Shown here: piece by piece, positions 11,701 to 26,391 of the stretch | Layout: every line of letters begins with the position of its first letter | How positions within the stretch are numbered: position 1 is the stretch's first letter | DNA from: Octopus vulgaris | Lineage: Eukaryota | Assembly (NCBI GenBank): GCA_951406725.2 | Contig: OX597839.1 | Location: 16,988,001 to 17,052,000 of the forward strand | Length of the DNA stretch: 64,000 nucleotides | Direction: 5' to 3' | Notes under the pieces: model-generated | The model's input: the letters and a program-made list of their open reading frames with translations, nothing else | Told to the model about the DNA's origin: nothing | Databases searched by the model: none | Position numbers and translations under genes: made by a program

Positions 11701-12865
11701 ATACCACACAACATACACAATATATTGATTTTGAATTTTGGCTCAAGGCCAGCAATTTGAGGGGAGGGGTAAGTCAATTACATCGACCTGAGTGTTCAAC
11801 TGGGACATAGTTTATTGATCCTGAAAGACTCTTTTCTACTCTAGGTACAAGGCCCGAAATTTGTTGGGAGGAGGCCAGTCAATTAGGTCAACCCCAGTAT
11901 GCAGTTGGTACTTAATTTGTCAACCCTGAAAGGATGAAAGGCAAAATCGACTTTGGTGGAATTTGAACTCAGAATGTAAAGACAGATGAAATGTTACTAA
12001 GCATTTCACCTGGCATCCTAACATTTCTGCCAGCTCGCTGGCTTGCACTATATATATATTAAATGAAAGCCAGTAGCAAGTCATTACACATGTACACAGC
12101 AATGATCATCTTCAGTTAGAAGTGAAACCAGTTCGAAATTATTTATGATAATGTATTTCTGCAATTATGAAATTTGAAACTTTTAATAAAGTATTTTGAC
12201 ATTATTTGATTGAACTTTGGAATCCATAATCTTGAAATGATTTGAATGTAGTAATATATTTTGGATGTGATATTTTGGATATGATATTTTGGAATATGTA
12301 ATGATGTCTTTTGAAATAATTTGATTGTGTTAACCTGCTTTTCAATGGAGACTATTGTATTTTGAAATTATTTCACTGTAAAAAATATTCTGGAATTAAT
12401 TCACCGAAATATAAAAGGAAAACTGCCCTTTCTTCCTATTATTTATCCATAACTTTTCACTTGTAAGGAATGTGTTTAACATGCATAATATATGTGTGTG
12501 TGTGTGAGTATGTGTGTGTGTGTGTGTATCTATACACACACACACATATATATATATCGATAGATAGATACATACATACATATATATATACAGAGAAACG
12601 TATAAGTATAAATGAATATGTATGTATGTATGTATGTATGAATATATATACATACATACATACATACATGTATGCATGTATAGGCAATCAGTTGATGGAT
12701 TATTCCTTTAGTACTCAGAGTTTCATAAAAAATCTGTTTCACAAAGAATTGAATTGCTAATTGATTCCCAATAAACATAATCTCTACACTATATATTATA
12801 TATTGTATGGTCTTGTCTTTCATTTTATAAACATAATTGTATATACATTCACACATACATACATG

Positions 12866-12911
<46 letters not shown>

Positions 12912-15130
12912 TACACACACAATACATGTGTACAGATATACATACACACATGCATACTTGCATAGATACATATATATACACATATATATATACTCACACA
13001 TACACATATATATGCTTACACATACATGCACACATACATACACATATACATACAATAGATTCCCAAATCCATCCCTCCATACATCCATACACATACATGC
13101 ATGTAGACATCTCTACATACAAATATACACACACATGTGTATATACTCACGTTCATCCATCCATACATGCATGTATACATGCATACACATACATGCACAT
13201 ACGAATACATGCATTTACACGTCCATCCATCAATCCATCCATTCATATACACACACACTCTCACATATAAACGAACGTATACACTACATACATAAAAATG
13301 TATATTATATGTGTGTGTGTGTGTGTGTGTGTCTGTGTGTGTGCATGCTGTAGTGTGTCTGTGTGTGAGCATATTGCTACAGTATCAGTCTTAAGAAATG
13401 TCCAAAATTGAAGTACATGAGTATTAATTATGAAAACATTCCAAAATTAGTGGAAGAAATCAATGGAGTGACCATTGACTGTTAAATAGTGGAAGGAGGA
13501 TATTTTCTTGCCAGAAATAGAGCATAGTTGCCAATATATGATAAGTGCTGGACAGTAGAATAGCATGGATTTTTTTGGCGGACATTCGATGGTCACGTTT
13601 TATCTGTTGCACTAAGTAGGTTTTGCCCATTTGCAATAAAGAATCTGTCTCAATGTTTAAGCTGTCTTTATTTTGGATATCAATGTTGGCATTGCCATAA
13701 CTACTACTGCCTCTGTCTCACTGTTATTTCTTGTAGCAATCATATATAACCTGGCAACGTATCATTTTAGTTCGGTTATCATATTTTTGTGTGGTTTTTG
13801 TGCGGTGTTGTTGGTCACTGATTTCTTTTTTTCCATGAAAGATTGAGTATAGTGTTATGTATGTGTATATGCATATATGCATGTGTGTGTGTGTGTGTAT
13901 GTACGTATGTATGCATGTATGTATGAATGAATATGTGTATGCATGAATGTGTGTATGTGTGAGTGTATATATATATCTATGTATGTATATATGAATGTAT
14001 GCATGTGTTTGTATGTACTTATGTGTGTGTGTGTGTGTGAGAATCTGAGTGTGTATGTATGTATTTATGTATGTATGTCTGTATGTTTGTATGTATGTAT
14101 ATGTGTATGTATGTGTATGTATGAAAGTGTGTGTGTCTATGGATGTATTCATGCATCTATTTATCTCTCTATATCATTCTCTCTCTCTCTCTCTCTATCT
14201 ATCTGGCTGGCAATGTATCTATCAGTCAATCTCTTTTTTATCTACCTCCCTATATACATACACACACATGCATATATATGTATGTGTGCATGTAAACATA
14301 TATGTATGCATATATATGTATATATGAATACACACACACACACACACACACACACATGTTGATGTCATTATCAATGAATAAATATTTGACTGCTACTGGC
14401 TGGTGGCTGCCAAAATCTTGGATCAGTTTTCATTGTTCAGGTTTCAGACAATATAGAAATATAACTGGGATTAGAAGCCATGCCATATCGAACACAATAT
14501 TGTTGGGATCAAGAATACAATAGGAATTGATCCTTGAATACAGCAATGAAGCAAGAGTGAGCAATTTATATCAGTGATTAAATGAAATATGAGGAAGAAT
14601 TACTATAATGAGAATGGATCAATTTGCTCTGTTAGTAACTAGGATCAATTATACAAGCTGGGATGGTGAAGAGAATGCCATATTTAATCCAAGTGTTATA
14701 GAAAGACCATTTCCTCTTATGGTGGTACCTAATCCATGTAGTTACATTGTTCTGCAGTCAGTTTAACATCTGGTGTGGGGCACACTGTGCACCTCTACAG
14801 GCGACATTGGCTTGATGGAGGGAGTGGACTAACGTACATCACAAACATTTGATCACTATAAATGTTTCATCACTGCATGCTGTCCAGCAAGAAATTGCAG
14901 GACTCTCACCTGCCTTCTACCACAGGAGAGTCCATAATATATATATATGAAAGCACATGGCTTAGTGGTTAAGGTGTTGCGAGATCATGGGTTCGATTCC
15001 CAGACCGGGTGTCACATTGTGTTCGTGTGCAAAGCACTTCATTTCATGTTGTTCTGCAATCATTTCGATGTCTTAAATGTGGCACCCAGTTGCACCTGTA
15101 CAGATAATATCGATTTGATGAAGGGAGTGA

Positions 15131-15476
15131 TTTGACTGTGGCCATGCTGGAGCACCACTTTTAGTCGAGCAAATCGACCCCAGGACTTATTCTTTGTAAG
15201 CATAGTACTTATTCTATCGGTCTCTTTTGCTGAACTTCTAAGTTACGGGGACATAAACACACCAGCATTGGTTGTCAAGCAATGTTGGTGGGACAAGCAC
15301 AGACACACAAACATATACACACACACATACATCTATATATATATATGAAAAGAAGACATGAAACGATCGTAGTGGATATTAATAATTGTTAAATTTCAAA
15401 TTAATATAAATTAATTAAGTATTGGATTAAGTCTTTCTTTGTTTGATTTGCATAATAGTGGTTTTGTCTCTAATTT

Positions 15477-15523
<47 letters not shown>

Positions 15524-15681
15524 TGTCAGGTTTCTTTCAGTTTCTGACTACCAAATCCACTCACAAGGCTTTGGTCGGCCCAAGGCTATACAAGAAGATA
15601 CTTGCCCAAGGTGCTACACAGTGGGACTGAACCCAGAACCATGTGGTTCATAAGCAAGCTACTTAACACACAGCCACTCCT
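15131..15681 (-). mobile_element. SINE family A with a secondary insert in its internal TA tract
   Basis: Both SINE halves are present; ~15347-15483 is foreign sequence that includes GAAACGATCGTA. Confidence 0.8.
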
Positions 15682-15918
15682 TTATGTCTACACAAACATT
15701 TGATCATTATAAACAAATCATCTGTGTGGTTGTTCGGTAAGAAATTGTCGAACCCTCACACGTCGTCAGTCATTAAAATAGTGCTTTGTGGCTTTTGAGG
15801 TTTTTTGGCTCTTATTTCTAACAATACTGGTACTAATTAGTACCCTCTGTCGCTTTAGTGACCTTTATTAATTTTCGTTTAGGTTGTTAAATTGCTAATA
15901 AGCCACTCATATTATTTG

Positions 15919-15967
<49 letters not shown>

Positions 15968-16284
15968 CACACAGTGGCAGACTGGGTCTAAAGATATTGG
16001 TTGCCAGGAGACTAAGGGGCCCACCTACAGTGCTATCATTTAATTTTTTTTTTTTGTTAAAAGTATTCTTTTCAACTGTCTACAAACACAGCCAGGTTGA
16101 AATAATTAGTGCATTCTTTCAGGAATGAATGAACAGTTCTCAAACTTGAAGGGAAGGGCCCCTTAGATACTAACATGGGCCCTCATATATGGATTCAAAT
16201 GGCACAACTTGTCGTTGGGCAAACTGGCAACTTGGCTAATTCACCACTTATACATATATACATACATACATATATATATATATA

Positions 16285-16538
16285 TGGAGGTGCAATGACC
16301 CAGTGGTTAGGGCAGTGGACTCGCAGTCGTAGGATTGCGGTTTCGATTCCCAGACTGGGCGTTGTGAGTGTTTATTGAGCGAAAACACCTAAAGCTCCAC
16401 GAGGCTCTGGCAGGGATGGTGGTGATCCCTGCTGTACTCTTTCACCACAACTTTCTCTCACTCTTTCTTCTGTTGGCTGCTCGCTTAGTGTGTGTGTCTA
16501 TGGATGTATTCATGCATCTATTTATCTCTCTATATCAT

Positions 16539-16569
<31 letters not shown>

Positions 16570-16685
16570 GGCTGGCAATGTATCTATCAGTCAATCTCTT
16601 CATTTGAAGGCTAAAACAATGAAGGCTAAAGCATTGTGACCAACGATGTGTAGCAACATCTGATAGCCTGGTTGGTCATGGTGAT
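16285..16685 (+). mobile_element. tRNA-derived SINE, family D, interrupted by a locally templated insertion
   Basis: Head GGAGGTGCAATGACCCAGTGGTTAGGGCAGTGGACTCGC...GGTTTCGATTCCC (A/B boxes); minus-strand copies at 21515-21897, 27420-27588 and 41510-41788. Confidence 0.85.
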
Positions 16686-16888
16686 ATATATATATATATA
16701 TCATCATTATCATCATTGTTTAGTGTCTGCTTTCCATGCTAGCATGGGTTGGATGATTTTGACTGAGGGCTGGTGAACCAGATGACTGCACCAGGCTCCA
16801 ATCTTGATCTGGCAGAGTTTCTACAGCTAGATGCCCTTCCTAATGCCAACCACTCCGAGAGTGTAGTGGGTGCTTTTTACGTGCCATA

Positions 16889-16927
<39 letters not shown>

Positions 16928-17362
16928 TTTTACCTGTTTCAGTTACTTGACTGCAGCCATGCTGGAACACCACCTTATTATACTTTAATATTTTGGTTTG
17001 GAATTGCAAAACTAATAACCTGGTGTGTGTGTGTGCACATGCATATGTGTATCTACAGGTGCCTCAGACTACATGTGTATGTATATACACATCTATTTGT
17101 ACTAATACATCTAAATACCTTTTAGACGTACATTGTTTTTTGTTACCGCTATTTGTATTGACTTTCTCATTGATAATGCCCTTCCCTACATGTACACAAA
17201 TGTAATTCTTTGCCAAATAAATTGCACTTCATATTCGAGGCTCTGAGGTCTTATTCAGGCAGAAAGACATGAGTCCACTGCATCTAATAACAGCTGTAAG
17301 CTAATGAAATTCATAAGATAATCATTCATTCCTTTGTGATTTCTTCTTCTTCTTAACTTTAG

Positions 17363-17411
17363 TATGTATGTGTGTTGTGTGTGTGTATGTATGTATGTAT
17401 GTATGTATGTA

Positions 17412-17442
<31 letters not shown>

Positions 17443-17443
17443 A

Positions 17444-17475
<32 letters not shown>

Positions 17476-17931
17476 CGTGTGTATGTCTGTGTGTATGCAT
17501 GTATGTATGTATGTGTGTATGTATGTGTGTTTATGTATGTATGTGTGTGTGTACGTATGTATGTGTGTATGTATGTATGTATGTATGTATGTATGTATGT
17601 ATGTGTGTATGTATGTATATATGTAAGTATGTATGTATGTATGTGTATATGTATGTATGTAAGTATATATGTATGTATGTATGTATGTGTGTATATGTAT
17701 GTATGTGTGTGTGTATGTATGTATGTATGTATGTATGTGTGTATGTATGTATGTATATATGTAAGTATGTATGTATGTTTATATGTATGTATGTATGTAT
17801 GTATATATGTATGTAAGTATGTATGTATGTGTGTGTGTGTGTATATATGTATGTATGTATGTGTGTGTGTGTATGTATGTATGTGTGTATGTATGTATGT
17901 GTGTGTATGTGTGTATGTATGTATGTATGTA

Positions 17932-17962
<31 letters not shown>

Positions 17963-17965
17963 ATG
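17363..17965. repeat. Compound (GTAT)n/(GT)n microsatellite
   Basis: About 600 bp of tetra- and dinucleotide units. Confidence 0.95.
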
Positions 17966-18469
17966 GGTGTTGTCTCTGTGTTTCCTCATTAATAATGCAA
18001 CACCAAGGATGGTGTCTTTATTGGCATCCTCAAGTGAGACTAATTCTAGAAGCTTCAGCAGTTTTGTTCTTTTGACATGTTAAGGGAGGCTGGAATAAAA
18101 ATATGTTGCTTGGAAAAAAATGGAAAGCTTCTGGTTGTAACAAAATCTGCTAAACCAAAGTTCATCTAACACCTGCTAACACATACAAACATATGTACAT
18201 AGACACATACACATATACATATATGCACACACACACACACATAATTATATATGCACACACACACATAATATATACACCCATATATATATGCATGTATATA
18301 TAGTATATATATATATATATACATATATAAATATAATATATATATGCATATAAGGTTTCTTTGAGAAAAAATTTTCTCTCCAAATATATATATCATCATC
18401 ATCATCATCATATATATATATATATATATATGCACATATTTATATATATACATATATATATACATATAT

Positions 18470-18516
<47 letters not shown>

Positions 18517-19420
18517 AATATATAAATGCATATATATGCATATATATACATATATATATATATAGGCATATATATACATATATATATGTATATAGATACA
18601 ACACACGCACATACACACACATATATGAGATTTCATATAAGAAAATCTACATCAATTACAAAAAGAAGAAAATGCTTTGGGAACTCGTAAGAAAAACATG
18701 CAAACTTCCAAAGCAGATATCATAAAAGATTAATTTCATGTATTCCAATTTATTTTCTCTTTTCTAACCACATGACTAAATTGACTTAAAACAATTGAAA
18801 CTGAAAGCATATTTTGATAAAAATGTAAATATTATCTTCCTTTTAGCCATGATAAAATTCTCAATTATTTTCTTCTTTTTACCAATATATATGTCTGTGT
18901 GTGTGTATGCATGTATGTATGTATGCACACACATTATTATATGTGTGTGTATGTATGCATGTATTCACACACACACGCTCATAGAGAACAGGCTTCCATG
19001 CAGTTTCTGGGAAGCAAATTCTCCTCAAATCATATTGGTTAACTCAATGTTTTACTATGTGTCACATATGAAAATTGAACCCCAAACCATGTAACTGGTG
19101 TGCATATTTCTTGACCACACAACCACACTGGCACTGATTGCCTATGTATGTATGTATGTATGTATGTATGTATGTATGTATGTATGTATGTATGTATGTA
19201 TGTATGTATGTATGTATGTATGTATGTATGTATCTATCTATCTATCTTCACACAAACAGACAAATAAACTTGTAAATTTTAAACTCTTTCATTTATTCTT
19301 TTTTAAATATTTATTATTACCTTCTCTCTAGTTTAGAGTTATTAAATATGTTTATTTACAATTAGCTATGATAATTAACTGTTCAAAATAAACAAAAAAT
19401 ACACCTGTAAAAATGTCCAG

Positions 19421-19534
19421 GGATGCAATTGTCTTGGGATGCAAATTGTCTGGTATGCAATTTCTGGTACACAATTGTCTGGTATACAGTTGTGTCTGGG
19501 ACACAAATGTCTAGAACACCACTGTCCTAGAACC
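19421..19534. repeat. Short tandem CAATTGTCTGG-type subrepeats ending CTAGAACC (probable DNA transposon terminus)
   Basis: About six degenerate 15-17 bp units. Confidence 0.45.
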
Positions 19535-19577
19535 ATACAAATTATAGCTTTGTAGGCTTGATTCTCCCTAATAAGTA

Positions 19578-19800
19578 TTATTGAACTTTCATCTCTTCTA
19601 GTAGTCCAGCATTTATTACCCTACTTTTCCAGTTTATTCTGCCCAATCTACAAAAGACCCAAATCTCAAATGCATCTATCTTGTTTTCCATTCCTGTGTA
19701 CATTGTCAAACTTTCTGTCCTGTAGAAGATGATTAGTATACTATGACATTTTACTAGTCTCGGTATTTTAAAAGTGGACATGTGCAGTTTGAGGTGAAAT
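19578..19800 (-). pseudogene. RTE-clade LINE ORF2 fragment (post-RT region)
   Basis: KIPRLVKC..IFYRTESLTM...KIDAFEIWVFCRLGRINWKSRVIN matches the RTE pattern LYGxESWT...AFEMW..RR.L.I.W...V.N. Confidence 0.75.
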
Positions 19801-21514
19801 TTGTTGTCTGCCTTATAACTAATCATGTGAAGGTGTTCAGATTACTCTGTCAAATATAATGCCTTTTCATTCACATTGTTTTGAATTAATCCTGCATTAT
19901 CTTGTAGTTCTGAGAATTTGATGATGTGGTGCTTTATTTTGAGGATGTCATTGTAGGATATGAGTGAAAGGCCAGATCTAGATGGTTTGAACATAAAAGA
20001 AGGAGAAAATTTGGGCCGGATATGGCCAGTTTAAATGCTAAAGGGTTAATGGTTAGGATAGTCAGTTCATGAGTATAAGGTTGTGGGTTTGATTCCTGGG
20101 GGCGTGTTATGTCCTTGAGCAAGACATTATTTTATGCTGCTCCAGTCCACTCAGCTGTCAAAAATGAGTTGTATTTGTATTTCAAAAGACCAGCTTTGTC
20201 ACATCCTATGTCATTCTGAATCTCCCTGAGAACTACGTTAAGGGTATGTGTGTCTGTGGAGTGCTCGGCCACTTGCACATCAATTTCATGAGCAAGTTGT
20301 CCCAGTGATCAGATCAACTGGAATCCTTCTCACCGTAACTGACAGAGTGACACATTTTATATTTAATCACACAGAAGATCCTTGTCAGATTACAGTTGTT
20401 GTTTGACCTGAGGTCAGTCCTGCTCAAACATATCTATAACCACAGCCACTCCAGTCATAGCGATCTCAAATAGCTTGTTTATGAATCATTTAACCAATGC
20501 AGTTTTTGTTCATTTGCCAGAGATTTTTAGTTTCCATTGGGCACATTTTACTTTGGCACCCACGCTAGAGGAGTTGCCATTTCTTTGGCAAAACTAAAGA
20601 AGCTTATCAACTCAGCATTGACTCCAGTTATTTGTTAACTACTTCATTGAGTGTACTGGGTACATTTTCTCATGGTACCAGCATTGGGGAGATTTTACCA
20701 TGGTACCAAACAACACTAAAAAGTTCTTCCTATTCAACTTTGATATGGCCTACCTTATCTAATGTTGTGCTTTTACATTTCTTTTTTTGAGAAAGAAGGG
20801 TCTCATCCAACAGAGTTGACTGCTATTTCTAGCAGATTTAGCAATCATCATAATAGAGATAGTAGTTACAATATATATCTCATTCATGCTTTACTGATGC
20901 AGAAATGAATCTAAAATCATTAAGAAATGGGAGAAAATAATGAAAAAAAAATAATAACCAACAAATTGATAGGCCAAAAAGGTAAGTAAAAAATAAAAAA
21001 ATGAAAAAAATAAAAATAAAAAATATAAAAAAAAACTAATGAACCAAACCCCAGCTTGTTGACATAGGTTTAATCAGTTGAATAATAGATGCTGCATTCA
21101 TCATTTTATGGAAGTTTATTAACAGAGTTTTCTGACAAGCTCTGTGTGTGATATACAGATGTGTTGATTAAATTGGCCCGTGCCAAAAACAGAAATTAAA
21201 ACCAATCCTGTTTTTCATAAATTTAATCAATCTTCCTGGCTAATCTTAGACTAGTTTACATTTAAAATGTTTTTGAAAAGGAATGATATATATAAGTAGA
21301 AGAGAAAAAAAATATGTGTGTGTGTGTGCTTAAGGTGCAGGCCGTGTTTGTGTGGTTAAGAAGCTTGCTTCCCAATCATGTGGTTGTGGGTTCAGTCTCT
21401 CTATGTGGCACCTTTGGCGGTTGTCTTCTATTATAGCCCCAGGCTGGCCAAAGCCTTGTGAATGAATTTGGTACATGGCACTGAAAGAAACTTATCATAT
21501 ATATATATATATGT

Positions 21515-21897
21515 GGAAGCACTCCGTCGGTTACGACGATGAGGGTTTCGGTTGATCCGAATCAACGGAACAGCCTGCTCGTGAAATTAACGTGTAAGTG
21601 GCTGAGCACTCCACAGACACGTGCACCCTTAACGTAGTTCTCGGGGATATTCAGCATGACACAGAGAGTGACAAGGCCAGCCCCTTGAAATACAGGTACA
21701 ACAGAAACAGGAAGTAAGAGTGAGAGAAAGTTGTGGTGAAAGAGTACAGCAGGGATCACCACCATCCCCTGCCGGAGCCTCGTGGAGCTTTTAGGTGTTT
21801 TCGCTCAATAAACACTCACAACGCCCGGTCTGGGAATCAAAACCGCGATCCTATGACCGCGAGTCCGCTGCCCTAACCACTGGGCCATTGCACCTCC
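21515..21897 (-). mobile_element. SINE family D
   Basis: Reverse complement of the tRNA-like head at 16285 plus a long 3' body. Confidence 0.85.
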
Positions 21898-21899
21898 AC

Positions 21900-21934
<35 letters not shown>

Positions 21935-21956
21935 TATATTTATGTGTGTATACTTA

Positions 21957-21990
<34 letters not shown>

Positions 21991-21999
21991 CTCTTTTTA

Positions 22000-22368
22000 T
22001 TCTTTTAATTGTCACTGTCATTTGACTGTGGCCATGCTGGAGCATCACCTTTAGTCGAACAAAATGACCCCAGGACTTATTCTTTGGAAACCTAGTGATT
22101 ATTCTATCAGTCTCTTTTGCTGAGCCGCTAAGTAAACTCACCACCATCGGCTGTCAAGTGGTGGTGCAGGGTCAAACATGGACACACAAATATATATATA
22201 CATACGACGGGCTTCTTTCAGTTTCCATCTACCATATCCACTCACAAAGCTTTGGTTGGCCTAAGGCTATATTAGAAGACACTTGCCCAAGGTGCCATGC
22301 AGTGGGATTGAACCTGTAACCATGTGGTTGAGAAGCAAGCCTCTTACCACACAGCTATGCCTGCACCT
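22000..22368 (-). mobile_element. SINE family A
   Basis: Similarity to 42813-43202. Confidence 0.8.
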
Positions 22369-22631
22369 ATATATATATATATATATATTCACAGGCACTC
22401 TGTCACTTATGATGACACGGGTTCTAACTGATTTGACCAGCGAAACAGGCTGCTCATAAAATTAGTGTGCAAGTGGCTGAGCACTCCACAGTCACACGTA
22501 CCCTTAATGTAATTGACCACAATCTAATCATTGAAACAAATGAAAGAAAACACAAAAGATAACAGCAGAAAATTAGAGAAAAATTTGGAAAGGCATTCAG
22601 AATGTATTTTGTCTCATATTAAATAATAATG

Positions 22632-22671
<40 letters not shown>

Positions 22672-22682
22672 TAATAATAATA

Positions 22683-23185
22683 AAGATGGGCTACAGCAAA
22701 TATTCTGCTCAATAGTATAAAAGATGGGCTACAGCAAATATTCTGCTCAATACCACAGATTTGCTTATCAGTTGTTTGACTTTAAGCAGTTGAGCATGTC
22801 CCTTAGTGGCTGACAATATGCGCATCTCTGATCATGAGCAGAAGTAGTGGGGGAGCATCATAGCCATGTGTTGAGAGGAATTCTTTGGGGTTTGAATAAT
22901 TTACCTCTGGAAACATGGGTGTTTCACTCAACATCCTTAAACAACCCTTATTCAGGGACCTTTTGAGCAGGATGGGTTACTTGACCAGAAGAAAATTCTA
23001 ACTGGGCCCTACTTGCAAGGTCATGTGCTATTTATCTTGATATGAGATCACCATGTTGCACACATATGGTTGTGATGCATGTGCCTAGTGTACCCTTATC
23101 AGACGGGTACTCATGATGGGTATACTGGGCTTCGTATATTTTACCCCAGTGTCACTTTGATGGCATGCACTGCTCTCTTACTTAA
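22683..23185. mobile_element. ~500-bp dispersed repeat inserted in (TAA)n
   Basis: Nearly identical to 58643-59188; both copies are flanked by (TAA)n on each side. Confidence 0.8.
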
Positions 23186-23199
23186 TAATAATAATAATA

Positions 23200-23640
23200 A
23201 ATGAAATTATTGTGTATAGTGCTCAGTTGCACAACAATTTATCAAAGGTACATATACAGTTCATAGAATTATGTATGAAAGTCAGGAAAGTGAACAGTGT
23301 ATGAGTCATGATATACATGTGTGTGTATGTGTATGGAATAAGGTGGATATCAGATGTAGTGTTGGTGAATTTCAGGAAGCATGGAGGTTTTAAAGGGTGC
23401 AGTGTCTCAGCAGTTGACAGCTGATGCAGGGAGTTTGTTCCATGCTTCAGCAACTCTGAGTGTGAAAAAATGTTTCCGAAAGTCATGGGAGCTTTGCTGT
23501 TTTCTGACTGTGTAGGCATGCCAACATGTGTTAGACACATGGAGCTCAAAGAGGTGCTCAAGGTCGTTGCTGGCATGGTGGTTAATAATTTTGTGGGTGT
23601 TCACCAAGTCAGTTGCCAGATGGAGCTTTTGATCGGCCAA
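23200..23640 (-). pseudogene. CR1/L2-like LINE 3' end
   Basis: NTCWHAYTVRKQQSSHDFRKHFFTLRVAEAWNKLPASAVNC matches the CR1/L2 ORF2 C-terminal motif TRGH..K......D.RK.FF..RV...WN.LP; followed by a 3' UTR and (ATT)n tail. Confidence 0.8.
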
Positions 23641-23885
23641 ACCCTTTGCTTTCTGTTTTATATTGTCATACTGTAATGAAGATATAGTTTAGATGAAGTC
23701 ATTTATTTGTCTTACCGTAAGTCTAGCTGAAAGTACATATATCATTCCAGTTTCATGGTTGATGAGGTTAGTTACTGAAACAAATATGAAAAAAGAAAAA
23801 AAAAAGCATCTAAAAAAGGAAAAAGAATTTATATTTATAAATGATTGCAGCAAAATCTATATATTTTCTATTGCCTGTTTAGGTA

Positions 23886-23916
<31 letters not shown>

Positions 23917-24371
23917 ATGTATGTATGTATGCATATGTATGCGTATGTGTATCTGTGTATGTATTTATGTATGTGTGTACGTGTGTGTGTGTGCATTTAT
24001 GTATGTATTTATGCGTGTAAATATGTTAGTATGTATGTGTGTGCGTGCGTTTGTATGTATGTGTCTGTATATATGCATGTGTTAGTTTATAATACTATAT
24101 TTGTTCACACTTGTCCCTCCTGAGTCTTTTTTTCTCCTTTTGTTTCTACTCATTACATTTCTAGTACACACACACACACAGACACACACACACGAAACAT
24201 AGTAGATATTAATGATGCTTTTATTTTGGCTCCATCAGTCCCTTGCTACTCTGAATTTCGTCTGTAAGTACACAATGTCTTAGGACAAGCTATGACTGAA
24301 AACGTGATGAAATATACACATATTTGTACAGATATGATTATTTTGGTCATAGAGTATGATTGCGACAGAGG

Positions 24372-24419
<48 letters not shown>

Positions 24420-24420
<1 letters not shown>

Positions 24421-24770
24421 TACACACTGACTCACACTCATACCTTAACTTCTCCTCCATCCACCCTACCCACACCAAGCTCTCCATCCCCTACTCCCAA
24501 TTCCTCTGTCTACACAGGCTCTGCATTGACAACCATGACTTTGAGACTAAGTTTCAAATCATGGCTCACCACTTCATCCTTTGTGGATATTCCCTCATCA
24601 CTATCCACACAGCCCTTGCCAGAGCATGTTCTGTGGAACATGCTTCTGTTCTCTCTCCCTGCACCCACCCCACCATTGCCCCTCACCTACCACCCCTCCA
24701 CACTAACCTCCAGCCTTCTGGTGATCCCAGTCCAACCCCTCCACCTTGCACATCTTCCCCAAAGACACAG
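24420..24770 (+). pseudogene. Penelope-like element RT C-terminal (thumb) fragment
   Basis: TDSHSYLNFSSIHPTHTKLSIPYSQFLCLHRLCIDNHDFETKFQIMAHHFILCGYS matches the PLE motif TD...YL...S.HP...K..IP.SQ.LR..R.CS...F.......F..RGY; begins in a (TA)n run. Confidence 0.85.
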
Positions 24771-25121
24771 ATAAGATTAATATAATAGCATGAACAGGAT
24801 AAACTGTCCATATATTGCAGAAAACTTTGTCAGCAGCCAACCATGAGACTCAAACTCACATCCCTGTTATTATGCATCAAGTGCTTTACCTTTAAGCTAA
24901 ATTGTCTTATGACGAATTGTTCTGCAATTTTAGGATTTATAAATCTAGCTTTATTAGATGGTAACATTAAATTCAACTTACAATGAAAGTAAATAAACTA
25001 GTACATGACACCACCACAAGTGCTTTACACTACCTGAAGGATCAGTTGTAACACTTCTGCTGCAGAGTATGGGTCTTCTTGAATATGGCAAGGTGCCAGG
25101 CATCTTGGTCCTTTGTCATCA

Positions 25122-25283
25122 AGCGTAGGAGTGGGTGTGTGGTAAGTAGCTTGCTTACCAACCACATGGTTCTGGGTTCAGCCCCACTGCATGGCACCTT
25201 GGGCAAGTGTCTTCTACTATAGCCTTGGGCCGACCAAAGCCTTGTGAGTGGATTTGGTAGACAGAAACTGAAAGAAGCCTGTC

Positions 25284-25333
<50 letters not shown>

Positions 25334-25546
25334 ATATGTTTGTGTGTGTGTTTGTCCCCCCAACATCGCTTGACAACCGATGCTGGTGTGTTTACGTCCC
25401 CGTAACTTAGCGGTTCGGCAAAAGAGACCGATAGAATAAGTACTAGGCTTACGAAGAATAAGTCCTGGGGTCGATTTGCTCGACTAAAAGGCGGTGCTCC
25501 AGCATGGCCACAGTCAAATGACTGAAACAAGTAAAAGAGTAAAAGA
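25122..25546 (+). mobile_element. SINE family A, full length
   Basis: A/B-box head, internal (TA)/(GT) tract, GTAAAAGA tail. Confidence 0.9.
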
Positions 25547-26169
25547 ATAATAGTTATATCTGAGTAGGAGGAAGACAGGGTATACAAAGATGTACAGCTG
25601 CATATATTATGATAGAGGTTTGAGGAAAGAAGAACGTACAATAGGGTGAGACTTAAAAGTGATGTATGTTATATGTGAGTCACTCGAATCATTATAAGAG
25701 ATTGCTGTTTGAAAATGCTGAAATGATACAGTTGAGTTAAACATCATGTAAATGGAGAGACAAAACTGAAAAATGTGAATTTGGATAATAGTTTTGTAGC
25801 AATGTACTATTACCTATATAGATTGTTAGTCAAAAGGATGTAATTCGTTTAGAATAATAATCTGAAGAGAATGGTTTTGAAAAAATATAATATTATTGAG
25901 TGTGCTTGGAAGAAAGAGTTTAAAATCACAATAAGATTGAAGATAAGATGAAAAATGGAAAGGGAGATGAAATGAAATAGATATAATGAGAATTTTTTTA
26001 ATGTTTTATATACAGGCATGTATATATGTATATGTATGTATGTATGTATGTATGTAGGTGTGTGCGTGTGTATATGTGCATATATATGTATATGCAATAA
26101 TAAATCTCTGAGCGAGGTATATGTATATATATGAATATATATACATATCTATCCGTCTATCTATCTATC

Positions 26170-26211
<42 letters not shown>

Positions 26212-26357
26212 CACATATATATACATATATATTTATATATATACCCACATGTATATACATATATATTTTTATATATATACATATATATTTATATACATAC
26301 ACACATCAACACATATGCATATACATATATACATGCATATCTATATATGCCTCTCTC

Positions 26358-26391
<34 letters not shown>

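Noticed and set aside
16285-16356. tRNA-like sequence with A and B boxes
   Set aside because: It continues into a repeated SINE body in all copies and has no proper acceptor stem or terminator; a SINE head, not a tRNA gene.
17364-18075. Long ORFs rich in Y/I/C/V/M/H/T (also at 7352, 12761, 28930, 39436 and others)
   Set aside because: These are translations of (TA)n/(CA)n/(TATG)n microsatellites that lack stop codons; not genes.
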